IMG/VR virus record: IMGVR_UViG_3300012642_000011
Span: 64,001 to 128,000 of that record
Origin: a virus
DNA length: 64,000 bases
Reading direction: 5' to 3' (one strand)
Part shown: piece by piece, positions 20,156 to 29,165 of the stretch
Position numbering within the stretch: position 1 is the stretch's first letter
Layout: every line of letters starts with the position of its first letter
Position numbers and translations under genes: made by a program
The notes under the pieces: generated by a model
Seen by the model: only the letters and a program-made list of their open reading frames with translations
Told to the model about the DNA's origin: nothing
Database searches by the model: none

Positions 20156-22645
20156 GTGAGTTTTTTCAAGGACAGGAAAGTAGAGGAAGAGGATACTAAC
20201 CTCTCAGGATTGCTCGGGGAGAAGGGTCTTCCCTCTGATGAGTATGATCCCAATTCCGTGGCTAACAAGCGTGTTCCTAAGAAGACATGGCTGACTCTTG
20301 GCGCAGCAGGTCTTGTTTTTGGAACTGCCGCACTTGGAGCAGGATCTGTCGTGATGGCACCTGCCTTGGCTATTGCTGCTCCGAGCGTTGAGAGTTATAA
20401 GAATCTTCCTGAAAGTCTCCCTGATGCAACCATTGCTCAGAGAAGTGTGATGTATGACATCAATGGTGAGCCTTTCGCTGAAATCTATTCTCAGGATCGA
20501 GTGGTACTTGATTCTCTCGACAAGGTGAGTGACAACGTAAAGAATGCTTTGATCTCCACTGAGGACAAGAGATTCTATGAGCACAGTGGTTTTGACCCTG
20601 TGGGAACTGCACGTGCTGCCATTAGTGGTTCTGGTGGTGGATCTGGTATTACTCAGCAGTTGATCAAGAACTATCAGTTCTATGACATGGCTGGAAAAAA
20701 CAAGGAAAAGGCTATTGAGGCAACTTTAAGTCGTAAGATTCAGGAGTTGAAGTTTTCTCTTGATTATGAGAAGAACCACTCAAAGGATGAGATTCTTCTC
20801 AACTACTTGAACCTTGTTTCATTCGGCTCTCCCTCTACTTACTCCATTGAAGGAGCATCCAAGTACTTCTTTGGAAAGTCTGCCAAGGATCTTGATGTGG
20901 CTGAAGCCGCAGTCCTTGTAGGTACTGTGCAGAATCCAGTTAGCCTAAATCTCAACAAGGTCAACAAGGATGTTTTCAACGAGTACTCTAAGATCTATGT
21001 AGAAAAGTCTTCTAAGCAGGCAAGAATGTATCTCGACAAGGAGATCGAGAAGGGAAACATTGATGAGGCTCAGAAGAAGACAACAATCAAGATTAAAGAA
21101 CGTCAGAATGAGGTCTTGTCAAGAATGGCCGATGAGGGCCATATTGACAAGGATAAGGTTGAGGAGTTTTATGCGACTCCGTTGAACCTTGTCTACAAGA
21201 AGTCTTCTACAGGAAACTGTACCTCATCCGAGTATGAGTCTTATTGTGAGCGTGTCCTTAAAGAATTGAGCAATTCACCTCGTCTTGGAGAGACTGAGGA
21301 AGAGCGTGCTATTGTCATTGATAAGGGCGGATTGCATATTCATACTTATCTTGATCCTAAGGTTCAGGACAAGGTAACCAATCGACTGAAGAGTGACTTT
21401 GGTTATGAGAATCGTGTCGTTGCCCCTACTGCTATCGTCCAGCCCGGAACAGGTGGAATCCTTGCCGCTGATGTGAACAGAGAATACGGAGATGGTGACG
21501 GAAAGACCACTATCGATGTTCCTTCTGTCAGGACAGGTACAGGTTCTGCTTACAAGATGTTCACACTTGCTGCTGCTCTTGAAAATGGCATGTCTCCACA
21601 GCAGTTGGAATTCTCCACACCATGTCCTCTTTATTTCAGTGACTTCGATGAGCCTAGTGGCGGATTCAGTAACAGCCTTGGTTGTAGCAAACTTCAGTCA
21701 CAGAATTTGAACTTTGAGCAGGCTACTGCTTACTCATCAAACACATGGTTCACTGCCCTTGCTGAGAAGATTGCTTATCCCAATGGAGAGTTTGTTGGTC
21801 TTGAGCCTGTCTTTAAAATGACAGATTCACTCGGTCTGCATACTCCTGAGAACGTCACTAACAGGTCAATGTCCTATGTCCTTGGTGCTACAGGAAACTC
21901 TACTATTGATATGGCTGCTGCCTATGCCGCCTTCGCTAATGAAGGTGTGTACTGTCCTCCTACATCAGTGAAGAGTTATGAATACTCTGATGGAACTTCA
22001 CCCGTTGTTCCTGAGAGTTATAACCCTGAAGACACTAGTTGCCGTGCGGCTATGAGTCCTAGAACAGCGTCCACTGTTCTTCGTGCTATGCGAGCAAACA
22101 CTGTACCTGGTCATGTTGACAATGCCTTCGGTTTGATGGGTAACGTTCCCGGTTATGATGCTGTAGGAAAGTCTGGTACTAACCAGAACTACAACTACAC
22201 ATGGGGTCAGGTTTCCAAGAATTATTCTCTCTTCATCAACATCACTGACATGGATAAGATGACTCGTGGTGTGAATGGAAACTTCTGGTTCCGTGGTGGC
22301 CGTGCAGGTACAAGCACTGCTGTGATTGCTGGATCATCTGTGATGAAGGATGTACTCAAGGGAACTACACCTGTTCCTCTTGACTTCAACAACACCAGCA
22401 CTGATCGTGTCAATGTCCCTGTTGAGCGAAAGGATTTCTTTACAGTTCCTTCCGTAGTGGGTATGTCTCCTGAGCAGGCATTGGATACGTTGAGGTCAAC
22501 TGGCGTCAAGTCCAATGTAAGCAAGGAGAAGATTGCTTCTCAGAATGGTCTCCCATCCGGTGTGATCGGTGAACAGTCAATTCCTGCTGGGGAGAAACTT
22601 GCTGTGGGAACGCAGAAGGAGATTGTTCTCAAGATGGTCAATTGA
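20156..22645 (+). CDS. class A penicillin-binding protein (GT51 transglycosylase + transpeptidase + C-terminal PASTA)
   Basis: GT51 motifs EDKRFYEHSGFD, GSGITQQL, RKIQELKFSLDYEKNHSKDEILLNYLN; transpeptidase SAYK (SxxK), SSN (SxN), KSG (KTG variant); C-terminal PASTA (FFTVPSVVGMSPEQALDTLRSTGV); N-terminal TM; GTG start with AGGAAG RBS. Confidence 0.8.
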   Translation: MSFFKDRKVEEEDTNLSGLLGEKGLPSDEYDPNSVANKRVPKKTWLTLGAAGLVFGTAALGAGSVVMAPALAIAAPSVESYKNLPESLPDATIAQRSVMYDINGEPFAEIYSQDRVVLDSLDKVSDNVKNALISTEDKRFYEHSGFDPVGTARAAISGSGGGSGITQQLIKNYQFYDMAGKNKEKAIEATLSRKIQELKFSLDYEKNHSKDEILLNYLNLVSFGSPSTYSIEGASKYFFGKSAKDLDVAEAAVLVGTVQNPVSLNLNKVNKDVFNEYSKIYVEKSSKQARMYLDKEIEKGNIDEAQKKTTIKIKERQNEVLSRMADEGHIDKDKVEEFYATPLNLVYKKSSTGNCTSSEYESYCERVLKELSNSPRLGETEEERAIVIDKGGLHIHTYLDPKVQDKVTNRLKSDFGYENRVVAPTAIVQPGTGGILAADVNREYGDGDGKTTIDVPSVRTGTGSAYKMFTLAAALENGMSPQQLEFSTPCPLYFSDFDEPSGGFSNSLGCSKLQSQNLNFEQATAYSSNTWFTALAEKIAYPNGEFVGLEPVFKMTDSLGLHTPENVTNRSMSYVLGATGNSTIDMAAAYAAFANEGVYCPPTSVKSYEYSDGTSPVVPESYNPEDTSCRAAMSPRTASTVLRAMRANTVPGHVDNAFGLMGNVPGYDAVGKSGTNQNYNYTWGQVSKNYSLFINITDMDKMTRGVNGNFWFRGGRAGTSTAVIAGSSVMKDVLKGTTPVPLDFNNTSTDRVNVPVERKDFFTVPSVVGMSPEQALDTLRSTGVKSNVSKEKIASQNGLPSGVIGEQSIPAGEKLAVGTQKEIVLKMVN

Positions 22646-22661
22646 CAATTTTGAAAAAACG

Positions 22662-22695
22662 AAAGAGCAAGTCATTCATTGGCTTGCTCTTTCGC
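22662..22695 (+). terminator. intrinsic terminator
   Basis: AAAGAGCAAG/CTTGCTCTTT hairpin; immediately followed by a CGCTATAAT -10-like element. Confidence 0.6.
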
Positions 22696-22741
22696 TATAA
22701 TAAAGTAAAGTTTAGACCATTTTAAAGGGAGTGTATCATTG

Positions 22742-23902
22742 ATGAAGTTTAAAATAAATTCCGAAGATTTTTCCAATGCAATTTCTTGGGTTACACAGGG
22801 AGCAGCGTTAAAGGAAACACATCCCGTCATTTTGGCATTGGATTCAGAGGATTCAGCGCATGTGTACTTCTTTGATGGTACACAATATGCAAAGGATAAT
22901 CTTGACATCAGCAACTTCAATGGTGATTTTGAGGAAACAAAAATTCTCATGGACGCCAAGTTTGTGAAGAACCTTGCCAAAGTCATCAAGGATTTTCCTG
23001 GTGAAATGCAGATCGAAGAGCAGAAGAGCCAACTTCTTGTGAAAACGCAAGGGGGAAACAAGTTCCATATTCCTCTTCTGGATCAAGTCTCACCATCAGA
23101 GCCAGAGATTATCACTATTGGTGAAGTTGATGAAGCAGAGTTCTTTGAAATCATTTCAAGAGTGTCCAAGATTTCCGATCCATCCAGTACGCTGACACTT
23201 GTCAACTCTGTTGGGTTTGTTTTCGATATGGAGAAAACAGGATCTGAACAGGTTATTGCTATTGCGACAGACAAGTTCGCATTCAGTGAAGTCAGAGTTC
23301 CCTTCGTGCCAGCAAAGACAGCAGGTGGAAAGAAAAAACAGCAGTTGACATATGCTCTTCCTGCTTCCAAGGCTACTATCGCCAACTCCACTAAGACAGT
23401 AGGGTCTCCTGTTGCATTGATTACATCTACCAATATGGGATTCGGTTATTCCTTCGGTGACGGTAGAATCGTCCTTTTCTCAACCAACTCTGATGAAGTT
23501 ATGATGAAGCCTTCCGAACAGATGAAGGCGGCTGCTGAAAAAACGAATCAGTCTGCTACATTCAGCAAGAAGGATTTTGAGAAAGCATTGAACGCTATTT
23601 CCAACCTTTCTTTGGATTCTAACACCAAGAATCTAAAGGTTGTCATCAAGAATTCTAAGATGAGCATGAGTGACATTGATGACAATAACAGCATTAATAT
23701 TGACCTCATTGATTCAGAGATTGAAGAAGACATTGAGATCACTGTTCTCAGAGATGCTGTGAGAAAGGCTATGTTGCCTGTCACTACCGCCAACATGAAA
23801 ATCAAGTGGGTGGAGCAATCAAAGGTCATGCAGGTTGTCTGTGTAGACAATGATGGAAATGACATTGAAGAGATCTTCACTGTGTGTATTGTCGCGCTCT
23901 GA
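22742..23902 (+). CDS. possible DNA polymerase sliding clamp (DnaN-like), low confidence
   Basis: 387 aa, DnaN-like length; N-terminal MKFKINSEDFSNAISWVTQGAA... resembles the DnaN N-terminal pattern; AAAGGGAG RBS. Confidence 0.3.
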   Translation: MKFKINSEDFSNAISWVTQGAALKETHPVILALDSEDSAHVYFFDGTQYAKDNLDISNFNGDFEETKILMDAKFVKNLAKVIKDFPGEMQIEEQKSQLLVKTQGGNKFHIPLLDQVSPSEPEIITIGEVDEAEFFEIISRVSKISDPSSTLTLVNSVGFVFDMEKTGSEQVIAIATDKFAFSEVRVPFVPAKTAGGKKKQQLTYALPASKATIANSTKTVGSPVALITSTNMGFGYSFGDGRIVLFSTNSDEVMMKPSEQMKAAAEKTNQSATFSKKDFEKALNAISNLSLDSNTKNLKVVIKNSKMSMSDIDDNNSINIDLIDSEIEEDIEITVLRDAVRKAMLPVTTANMKIKWVEQSKVMQVVCVDNDGNDIEEIFTVCIVAL

Positions 23903-23917
23903 TTGATCATTGATCAA

Positions 23918-23955
23918 AATAGCACTGAGATTTTCTTCTCAGTGCTATTTTGCTG
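23918..23955 (+). terminator. intrinsic terminator
   Basis: AATAGCACTGAG/TCAGTGCTATT hairpin followed by TTGC. Confidence 0.6.
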
Positions 23956-24005
23956 TAAACATCTGATATTTTTATTCGATACCATAGTTATTTAAAGGCG
24001 GACAC

Positions 24006-24671
24006 ATGTTGTTTCTTAGTTTATCAGTTATTTTTTCTCTTCTCCTTTTCTTCATCAGTTTTAAGACTCAAGAAAAATGGATGAAGAGTGAAAAAATGCA
24101 CCCATTTGATTGGAAGAAACTCAACCTTGTTGCACTTAGTGTCACATTACTTGCAAATTTTGGCTTGTCCTTTTTTATAGCAGATCACATTAATAATTCT
24201 ACATCATTGAGTGCTTTGCTTGCTGCTGTAACCTCTTCTCTTGTGTACACATCAGTACAAACAGTCACTGACTTCAAGGTGAGAAGAGCATACAGATGGA
24301 CACTTATCATGGGTTATGTTTCTGTGATTGCTTGCGCCTTATGGGATTACGCGGCAAACGATATGATGTCCTCATTCATGTTCTACCTGCTTGTTCTTAT
24401 TATTGTAGGACTGGGAATCCTCTTCAAAGGTATTGGAATGTCTGATACCAGAGCAATGATCCTTGTCTGTGCTTCCATTGTTCCCATTGCAGGTGTGCAA
24501 GGTTTGAATTACTACCTCTACTTATTCCTCTTTTTCCTCATTGGTTATACATTGATTTTTAAAATCAGGAATAAAGAGGTAAAGATATTGACTACTAAAA
24601 TTTCATTCCCCATGGTGCCCATTTTTATCTGGCCTGCATTGATCATAGTATTAAAAACAGTTTTGCTATGA
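24006..24671 (+). CDS. polytopic membrane protein (weak resemblance to A24 prepilin-peptidase-like aspartyl proteases)
   Basis: 6-7 TM; VTDFKVRRAYRW and GIGMSDTRAM loosely resemble the two Asp-containing motifs of the CpaA/TadV family; speculative. Confidence 0.4.
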   Translation: MLFLSLSVIFSLLLFFISFKTQEKWMKSEKMHPFDWKKLNLVALSVTLLANFGLSFFIADHINNSTSLSALLAAVTSSLVYTSVQTVTDFKVRRAYRWTLIMGYVSVIACALWDYAANDMMSSFMFYLLVLIIVGLGILFKGIGMSDTRAMILVCASIVPIAGVQGLNYYLYLFLFFLIGYTLIFKIRNKEVKILTTKISFPMVPIFIWPALIIVLKTVLL

Positions 24672-24704
24672 TAGGGGAAAGTTTTATGACAAAGGAGAAA
24701 ACCC

Positions 24705-25646
24705 ATGGATGACATTCTCGACAGTATTGAAGACCTTGAACTTGAAGATCAAGAAGAGGACTTTTCCGGTGAAGTAATTGAAGTAGATGATTCAATGATC
24801 TCAGATGTCAATGACATCATTGAAAGTTCTGCAACCATGAGTCGTGAGGAAGCAGAAGACCTCACTACAGCAATCAGATCAACTTCAGATGCTCTTTATA
24901 TTCTTCTTGCTAGAGCACACGATGGCAAGGCATACAGAATTCTTGGCTACAATACGTGGAAAGAGTATGTGCAGACAGAGTTCGAAATCTCTCCACAAAC
25001 CAGTTATAGACTTCTTGACATGTCAAGAGTCATCCGTGAACTTGAGCAAGCAACACCTGAAGGAACAAAGGTAAAGTTGACACAAGCTCAGGCTATCGCT
25101 ATCAAGAAGGAACTTCCTCGCATCACTGATGAGGTGAGAGAAGCCACAGAAGGTAAGACTGCAGAAGAGGCAGAAGACTTCCTTGAAGAGATGATGAAGA
25201 AAAAGAAAGAGCAGCAGAAAGAAGACAAGAAGGCTATTGAGGCCAAGGAGAAGTCATTGGCTGAAGCGGAGGCTGACGGCATCAGTAAGGGCCTTGAAAT
25301 GGCTGCAGATGCTTTCCTTGAAGAGCATGATGGAAAGGAAACCAATAAGGACAGTGAAGGGTTCACACCAGACGCTCCTGACAACATCACTTCATCTGCA
25401 GATGGTGAGTTCATTGATGTTCAAATCAAGGGCGAAGGTGGAGTTTCACCAGAAGTAATGTATGTGCTGAGCAACCTCTCCAACATGGCTATCTCCTCCG
25501 AGACCTTCCCTGATCCTGAAGTGATTGTTGACGCTGTTCCTGGCTCTTCACTTGACCAGATGTACGATCAGATCACTAGCCTTCAGGAGTACGTCAACAG
25601 GCTTGCTACTCTCCTTGAAGAGAGAAAGTACAGGGAGAGTGAGTGA
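24705..25646 (+). CDS. highly acidic hypothetical protein
   Basis: AAAGGAGAA RBS; 313 aa, rich in D/E, especially at both termini. Confidence 0.45.
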   Translation: MDDILDSIEDLELEDQEEDFSGEVIEVDDSMISDVNDIIESSATMSREEAEDLTTAIRSTSDALYILLARAHDGKAYRILGYNTWKEYVQTEFEISPQTSYRLLDMSRVIRELEQATPEGTKVKLTQAQAIAIKKELPRITDEVREATEGKTAEEAEDFLEEMMKKKKEQQKEDKKAIEAKEKSLAEAEADGISKGLEMAADAFLEEHDGKETNKDSEGFTPDAPDNITSSADGEFIDVQIKGEGGVSPEVMYVLSNLSNMAISSETFPDPEVIVDAVPGSSLDQMYDQITSLQEYVNRLATLLEERKYRESE

Positions 25647-25660
25647 TCTTCTACTGTTTT

Positions 25661-25669
25661 TGATACAAT
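25661..25669 (+). promoter_or_regulatory. extended -10 promoter-like motif TGATACAAT
   Basis: TTTTTGATACAAT about 40 nt upstream of the Clp-like gene. Confidence 0.35.
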
Positions 25670-25709
25670 GCTGAACATAAGCACATAAGACAGAAGAAAG
25701 AGGTTGCGA

Positions 25710-27788
25710 GTGACAAACTTCGCCAATGAAACAACAGAAAACACTTCCGTAGTAACACTGGATGTCACGATGAAAGATAATGGATTTTCACCTATGGAGA
25801 TCTCGCAACTTCCTAAAAATTATAAAGAAGAAATAGACGAGATGGCTGTCGGATTCTATGAATCCGGCAGAATCTGTGTACTTGCAGATGATAAACTATC
25901 TTCCCGTTTCCTTACCCATCAGTTCGTTTCTGACTTCTCTCGCTATTCCACGAGGATCGATGAAGATTCAGATATGAGATTTGTTCATATTGACGATGAG
26001 AACTTGCAGATTTTCTCTCGCGCCTTTGCTTCCTCTGTAAACAATGATGAATCCACAGATGAGGATTCCAATGATGACGATGATGTGAGAGAGGAAAATC
26101 TCACACACGAGGAAGAATCATACTCCAAGGCTGCAAAGCATATTAAGGGACTTATTTCTCGATTCAAAAAGAATGATGTCAAAGAGAATGATGAAGATGA
26201 GTTCCCTTCGGATTACTTCAACATTAACACTGTCGATGAAGACAGTGTAGACATCGATGCGAGCGATCTTTTTAACTTCATCTTTGAGAAAGTAACAGAT
26301 GACCATGCCATTGAGGATTCCTCTATCTGCGTAGTGACAGATTCCCCAACTGTTGCACAGGCTGTCTCATTGCTCAAGAGCGATGCGAAGATCATCATCT
26401 ATGGTGAGAAAGAACACCTTGTAGAGTTCTTGAATGAGGGCGTTAGCGAAGATGACAATTGGGAAGTAAGCGATGCAGATATCCCGCTTGAGAAGAACTT
26501 CATTGAGGACTATTTGTACCACAATACCAATAAGTACATCAATGAAAAGTTCAAGATTGACTTCACTAAGGAAGACATCAGGATTGCTATCAATGCTGTA
26601 GAGGAAAAGGTCGGAAAGAGTGCTGCATATCATGATGGTTTCTCAGTGCTCTCGCCTTCCATCTGGATCATCATTACACAGAAAATTGCGGGTAACTATG
26701 TTCTTGCACAGAATGAAGATCTTTACGACGATGAAGGAAAGCCTTCACTTGTCAAAGTAGCAGATCACTTTGCTGATGGAAAGATTGTCAGTGACATTGT
26801 TAAGTTGAACCCCATCTCTTACAAGAAGTCATCTGACTTGTACAAAATTCTTTCAGACAAGATTATAGGTCAGGATGAAGCACTCAAACAGATTGTCGAT
26901 AGCCTTAAGATTGCTACCAATGGCCTCACTGATGACCAGAAGCCTTTGAGATCATTCCTCTTCGCTGGACCTACAGGAACAGGAAAGACAGAAGCGGCAA
27001 AGCAGATTGCTGAGAACATTGCTGACGAGAAGATGAGTTTCCTTTTCATCAACATGTCTGAATACACTGAAAAGCACAAGGTATCATCACTCTTCGGTGC
27101 TCCTCCTGGCTATGCTGGCTTCGATGAGAACGGTGGCGGCATTTTGACAAAGTTTGTCAAGGACAATCCGCGTACAGTGATCCTTCTTGATGAGGTAGAA
27201 AAGGCGCACGAGGACATTTGGATGGCGTTCATGAGCGTTCTTGATGAGGGAAAGGCAACATCATCCTCTGGTGACGTTGTTGACTTTTCCAAGTCTATTA
27301 TTGTCCTCACAACCAATACAGGAGTTGAGTCTTCTGCGAATGCTAAGAAGATCTCCGGGTTCCAGCCGTCAAACTTCATGGACAATGCTGAAAAAGAATC
27401 CAAGGATGCTTTCAGAAAAGAGATGGAGAAAAACTTCAAACCTGAGTTCCTCAACAGACTTGACGGAATGATCATCTTCAATAATCTTGATGAAAAAACG
27501 GGTTACCTTATTGCTCAGAAGGAAATCAATACTCTGTCAGAAAGAATGAAAAGGAATTCTGATGTTCACATTGAGGACTTTGATCACAGCATTCTTGACA
27601 TCATCATTGAGAAATCTCAGATCAATAAGTATGGCGCAAGAGAAATCAAGCGAGAGACATCTAAAGTCATCTCCCATGCTCTTGCTGAATACCTTGAGAC
27701 AAGAGATAATAATTCTTCGCACGGAATTGTCATCTCTGTAAACGAAAATAAGGATATTGTAATTACTGAATCAATTCAAACAAAGTGA
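25710..27788 (+). CDS. Clp/Hsp100-type AAA+ ATPase (single ClpB-D2-like module) with a novel acidic N-terminal domain
   Basis: LFAGPTGTGKTEAAKQIA; FINMSEYTEKHKVSSLFGAPPGYAGFDENGGGILTKFVKDNPRTVILLDEVEKAHEDIWMAFMSVLDEGKATSSSGDVVDFSKSIIVLTTN (near-canonical ClpB D2); YGAREIKRE sensor; start could be TTG 25704 or GTG 25710. Confidence 0.75.
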   Translation: MTNFANETTENTSVVTLDVTMKDNGFSPMEISQLPKNYKEEIDEMAVGFYESGRICVLADDKLSSRFLTHQFVSDFSRYSTRIDEDSDMRFVHIDDENLQIFSRAFASSVNNDESTDEDSNDDDDVREENLTHEEESYSKAAKHIKGLISRFKKNDVKENDEDEFPSDYFNINTVDEDSVDIDASDLFNFIFEKVTDDHAIEDSSICVVTDSPTVAQAVSLLKSDAKIIIYGEKEHLVEFLNEGVSEDDNWEVSDADIPLEKNFIEDYLYHNTNKYINEKFKIDFTKEDIRIAINAVEEKVGKSAAYHDGFSVLSPSIWIIITQKIAGNYVLAQNEDLYDDEGKPSLVKVADHFADGKIVSDIVKLNPISYKKSSDLYKILSDKIIGQDEALKQIVDSLKIATNGLTDDQKPLRSFLFAGPTGTGKTEAAKQIAENIADEKMSFLFINMSEYTEKHKVSSLFGAPPGYAGFDENGGGILTKFVKDNPRTVILLDEVEKAHEDIWMAFMSVLDEGKATSSSGDVVDFSKSIIVLTTNTGVESSANAKKISGFQPSNFMDNAEKESKDAFRKEMEKNFKPEFLNRLDGMIIFNNLDEKTGYLIAQKEINTLSERMKRNSDVHIEDFDHSILDIIIEKSQINKYGAREIKRETSKVISHALAEYLETRDNNSSHGIVISVNENKDIVITESIQTK

Positions 27789-27796
27789 GAGTAAAT

Positions 27797-29101
27797 ATGA
27801 GTTCATCTTATCATTCAGAAGAGTCCGATTTCAATACGGGCAAAGAGTCAGAGTACGACTTCATTACTGAAGCCATGTCAGAGGAATCTGATGAAGGCGA
27901 TATCCCCTACGACCCAAGTATTTTCACGAGAGAGCCTGCTTTCTCAAGCAGTGCTGATTATTTTGGGAGCAGTGGCTTAACAGATGATGAAGACGAAGGT
28001 AATGACTTCTTCAACGATGAAGAAGATGAATCACCTACAACTCCATCTTATTCTCAGACAAACAACGAGGAAGACGTGAAGAAGATCAGCATTTTCGGAA
28101 ACAGTAAGAAAGCAGAACCTGAGCCACAAAACGACATGGTTAACCAGAGTCAAGAAGAGATGTTCAGCACGGATTATTCTGAGAATGAAACACAGGATGA
28201 TTATTCTTCACCAGTTGCGTCTGAATATACTTCTGCACCAGAAGATAACACTCAGGAATCTTCTACCACCATTGAGTATGAAGACACTAAAGAAGGAGAA
28301 ACAGAAACAGTCTCACCAACAGAGGATTATTCTTCATACTACAATGAAGAGGAACCCTCTACTAATACCAATGAAAGCGATACTGAAAAGCCCTTTGATT
28401 CAAGTGTCTTTGAACCCAGGGTTGAAGAGATCACTTACTCCTTCGGATACGATAACATTGCTCTCAATGAAAACAATGCTGAAGAGTCAACTGTTGCAAA
28501 CACAGATAATAAAACACAAAATGTTGAGCATGTCAACGATGATGTGACATCTGTAGTCACAGATGCACAAGAAGATACTGTTTCATCTACAGATGAGACA
28601 ACGGAAGATCATCAGTCTTCTGTTAGTGATCATCACGTTTCAGATAGCACACCTGTTGCAAATAGCACACCTGTTCAGATGGTGACACCACCTGAAGAGC
28701 ATTCAACATATGAGATTACTCTTAGTGACGTTGAGAATGTTTTTGCTACCTACAATGAATATTCTAAGATGTCAGACGATGAGAAGAAGAGGATTCATGA
28801 GCAGGTAGAAGGCGAATTGAATTATGCAAACATCGTCTACCACATGATGACAGGAAAGATCACTGAAGAAGATGAAGGATTGAATCTTCTTCGATCAGTC
28901 ATCAATATTGAAGACCCACTGGATAGAGCATTCACTGTACTCGATTACGATAATGATAATCTCATGCTCCTTGGCGCTAAAGTTGAAGAGTATTCCAACA
29001 TTGATCTTGGAGACCCTTTTGATAAAATAAAGTATGCAAGACGAATAGTTTATGCAATCGGAGAGTTGGATCAGGATTCTTTAGATCGTATCCAGAAGTG
29101 A
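27797..29101 (+). CDS. extremely acidic, low-complexity protein
   Basis: about 435 aa, about 30% D/E, S/T-rich; a start at 27785 (GTG) is also possible. Confidence 0.45.
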   Translation: MSSSYHSEESDFNTGKESEYDFITEAMSEESDEGDIPYDPSIFTREPAFSSSADYFGSSGLTDDEDEGNDFFNDEEDESPTTPSYSQTNNEEDVKKISIFGNSKKAEPEPQNDMVNQSQEEMFSTDYSENETQDDYSSPVASEYTSAPEDNTQESSTTIEYEDTKEGETETVSPTEDYSSYYNEEEPSTNTNESDTEKPFDSSVFEPRVEEITYSFGYDNIALNENNAEESTVANTDNKTQNVEHVNDDVTSVVTDAQEDTVSSTDETTEDHQSSVSDHHVSDSTPVANSTPVQMVTPPEEHSTYEITLSDVENVFATYNEYSKMSDDEKKRIHEQVEGELNYANIVYHMMTGKITEEDEGLNLLRSVINIEDPLDRAFTVLDYDNDNLMLLGAKVEEYSNIDLGDPFDKIKYARRIVYAIGELDQDSLDRIQK

Positions 29102-29165
29102 AGCAGTCAACTAAGTAGTAACAACGATCTTCCTCTCTGAAATAGATTCGAATGGAGAGTAGAAG

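Noticed and set aside
24006-24671. Calling this ORF a prepilin (A24) peptidase
   Set aside because: Only loose similarity to the two Asp motifs (no IPN after the first Asp; GMSD instead of GGGD). Kept as a generic membrane protein with the resemblance noted.
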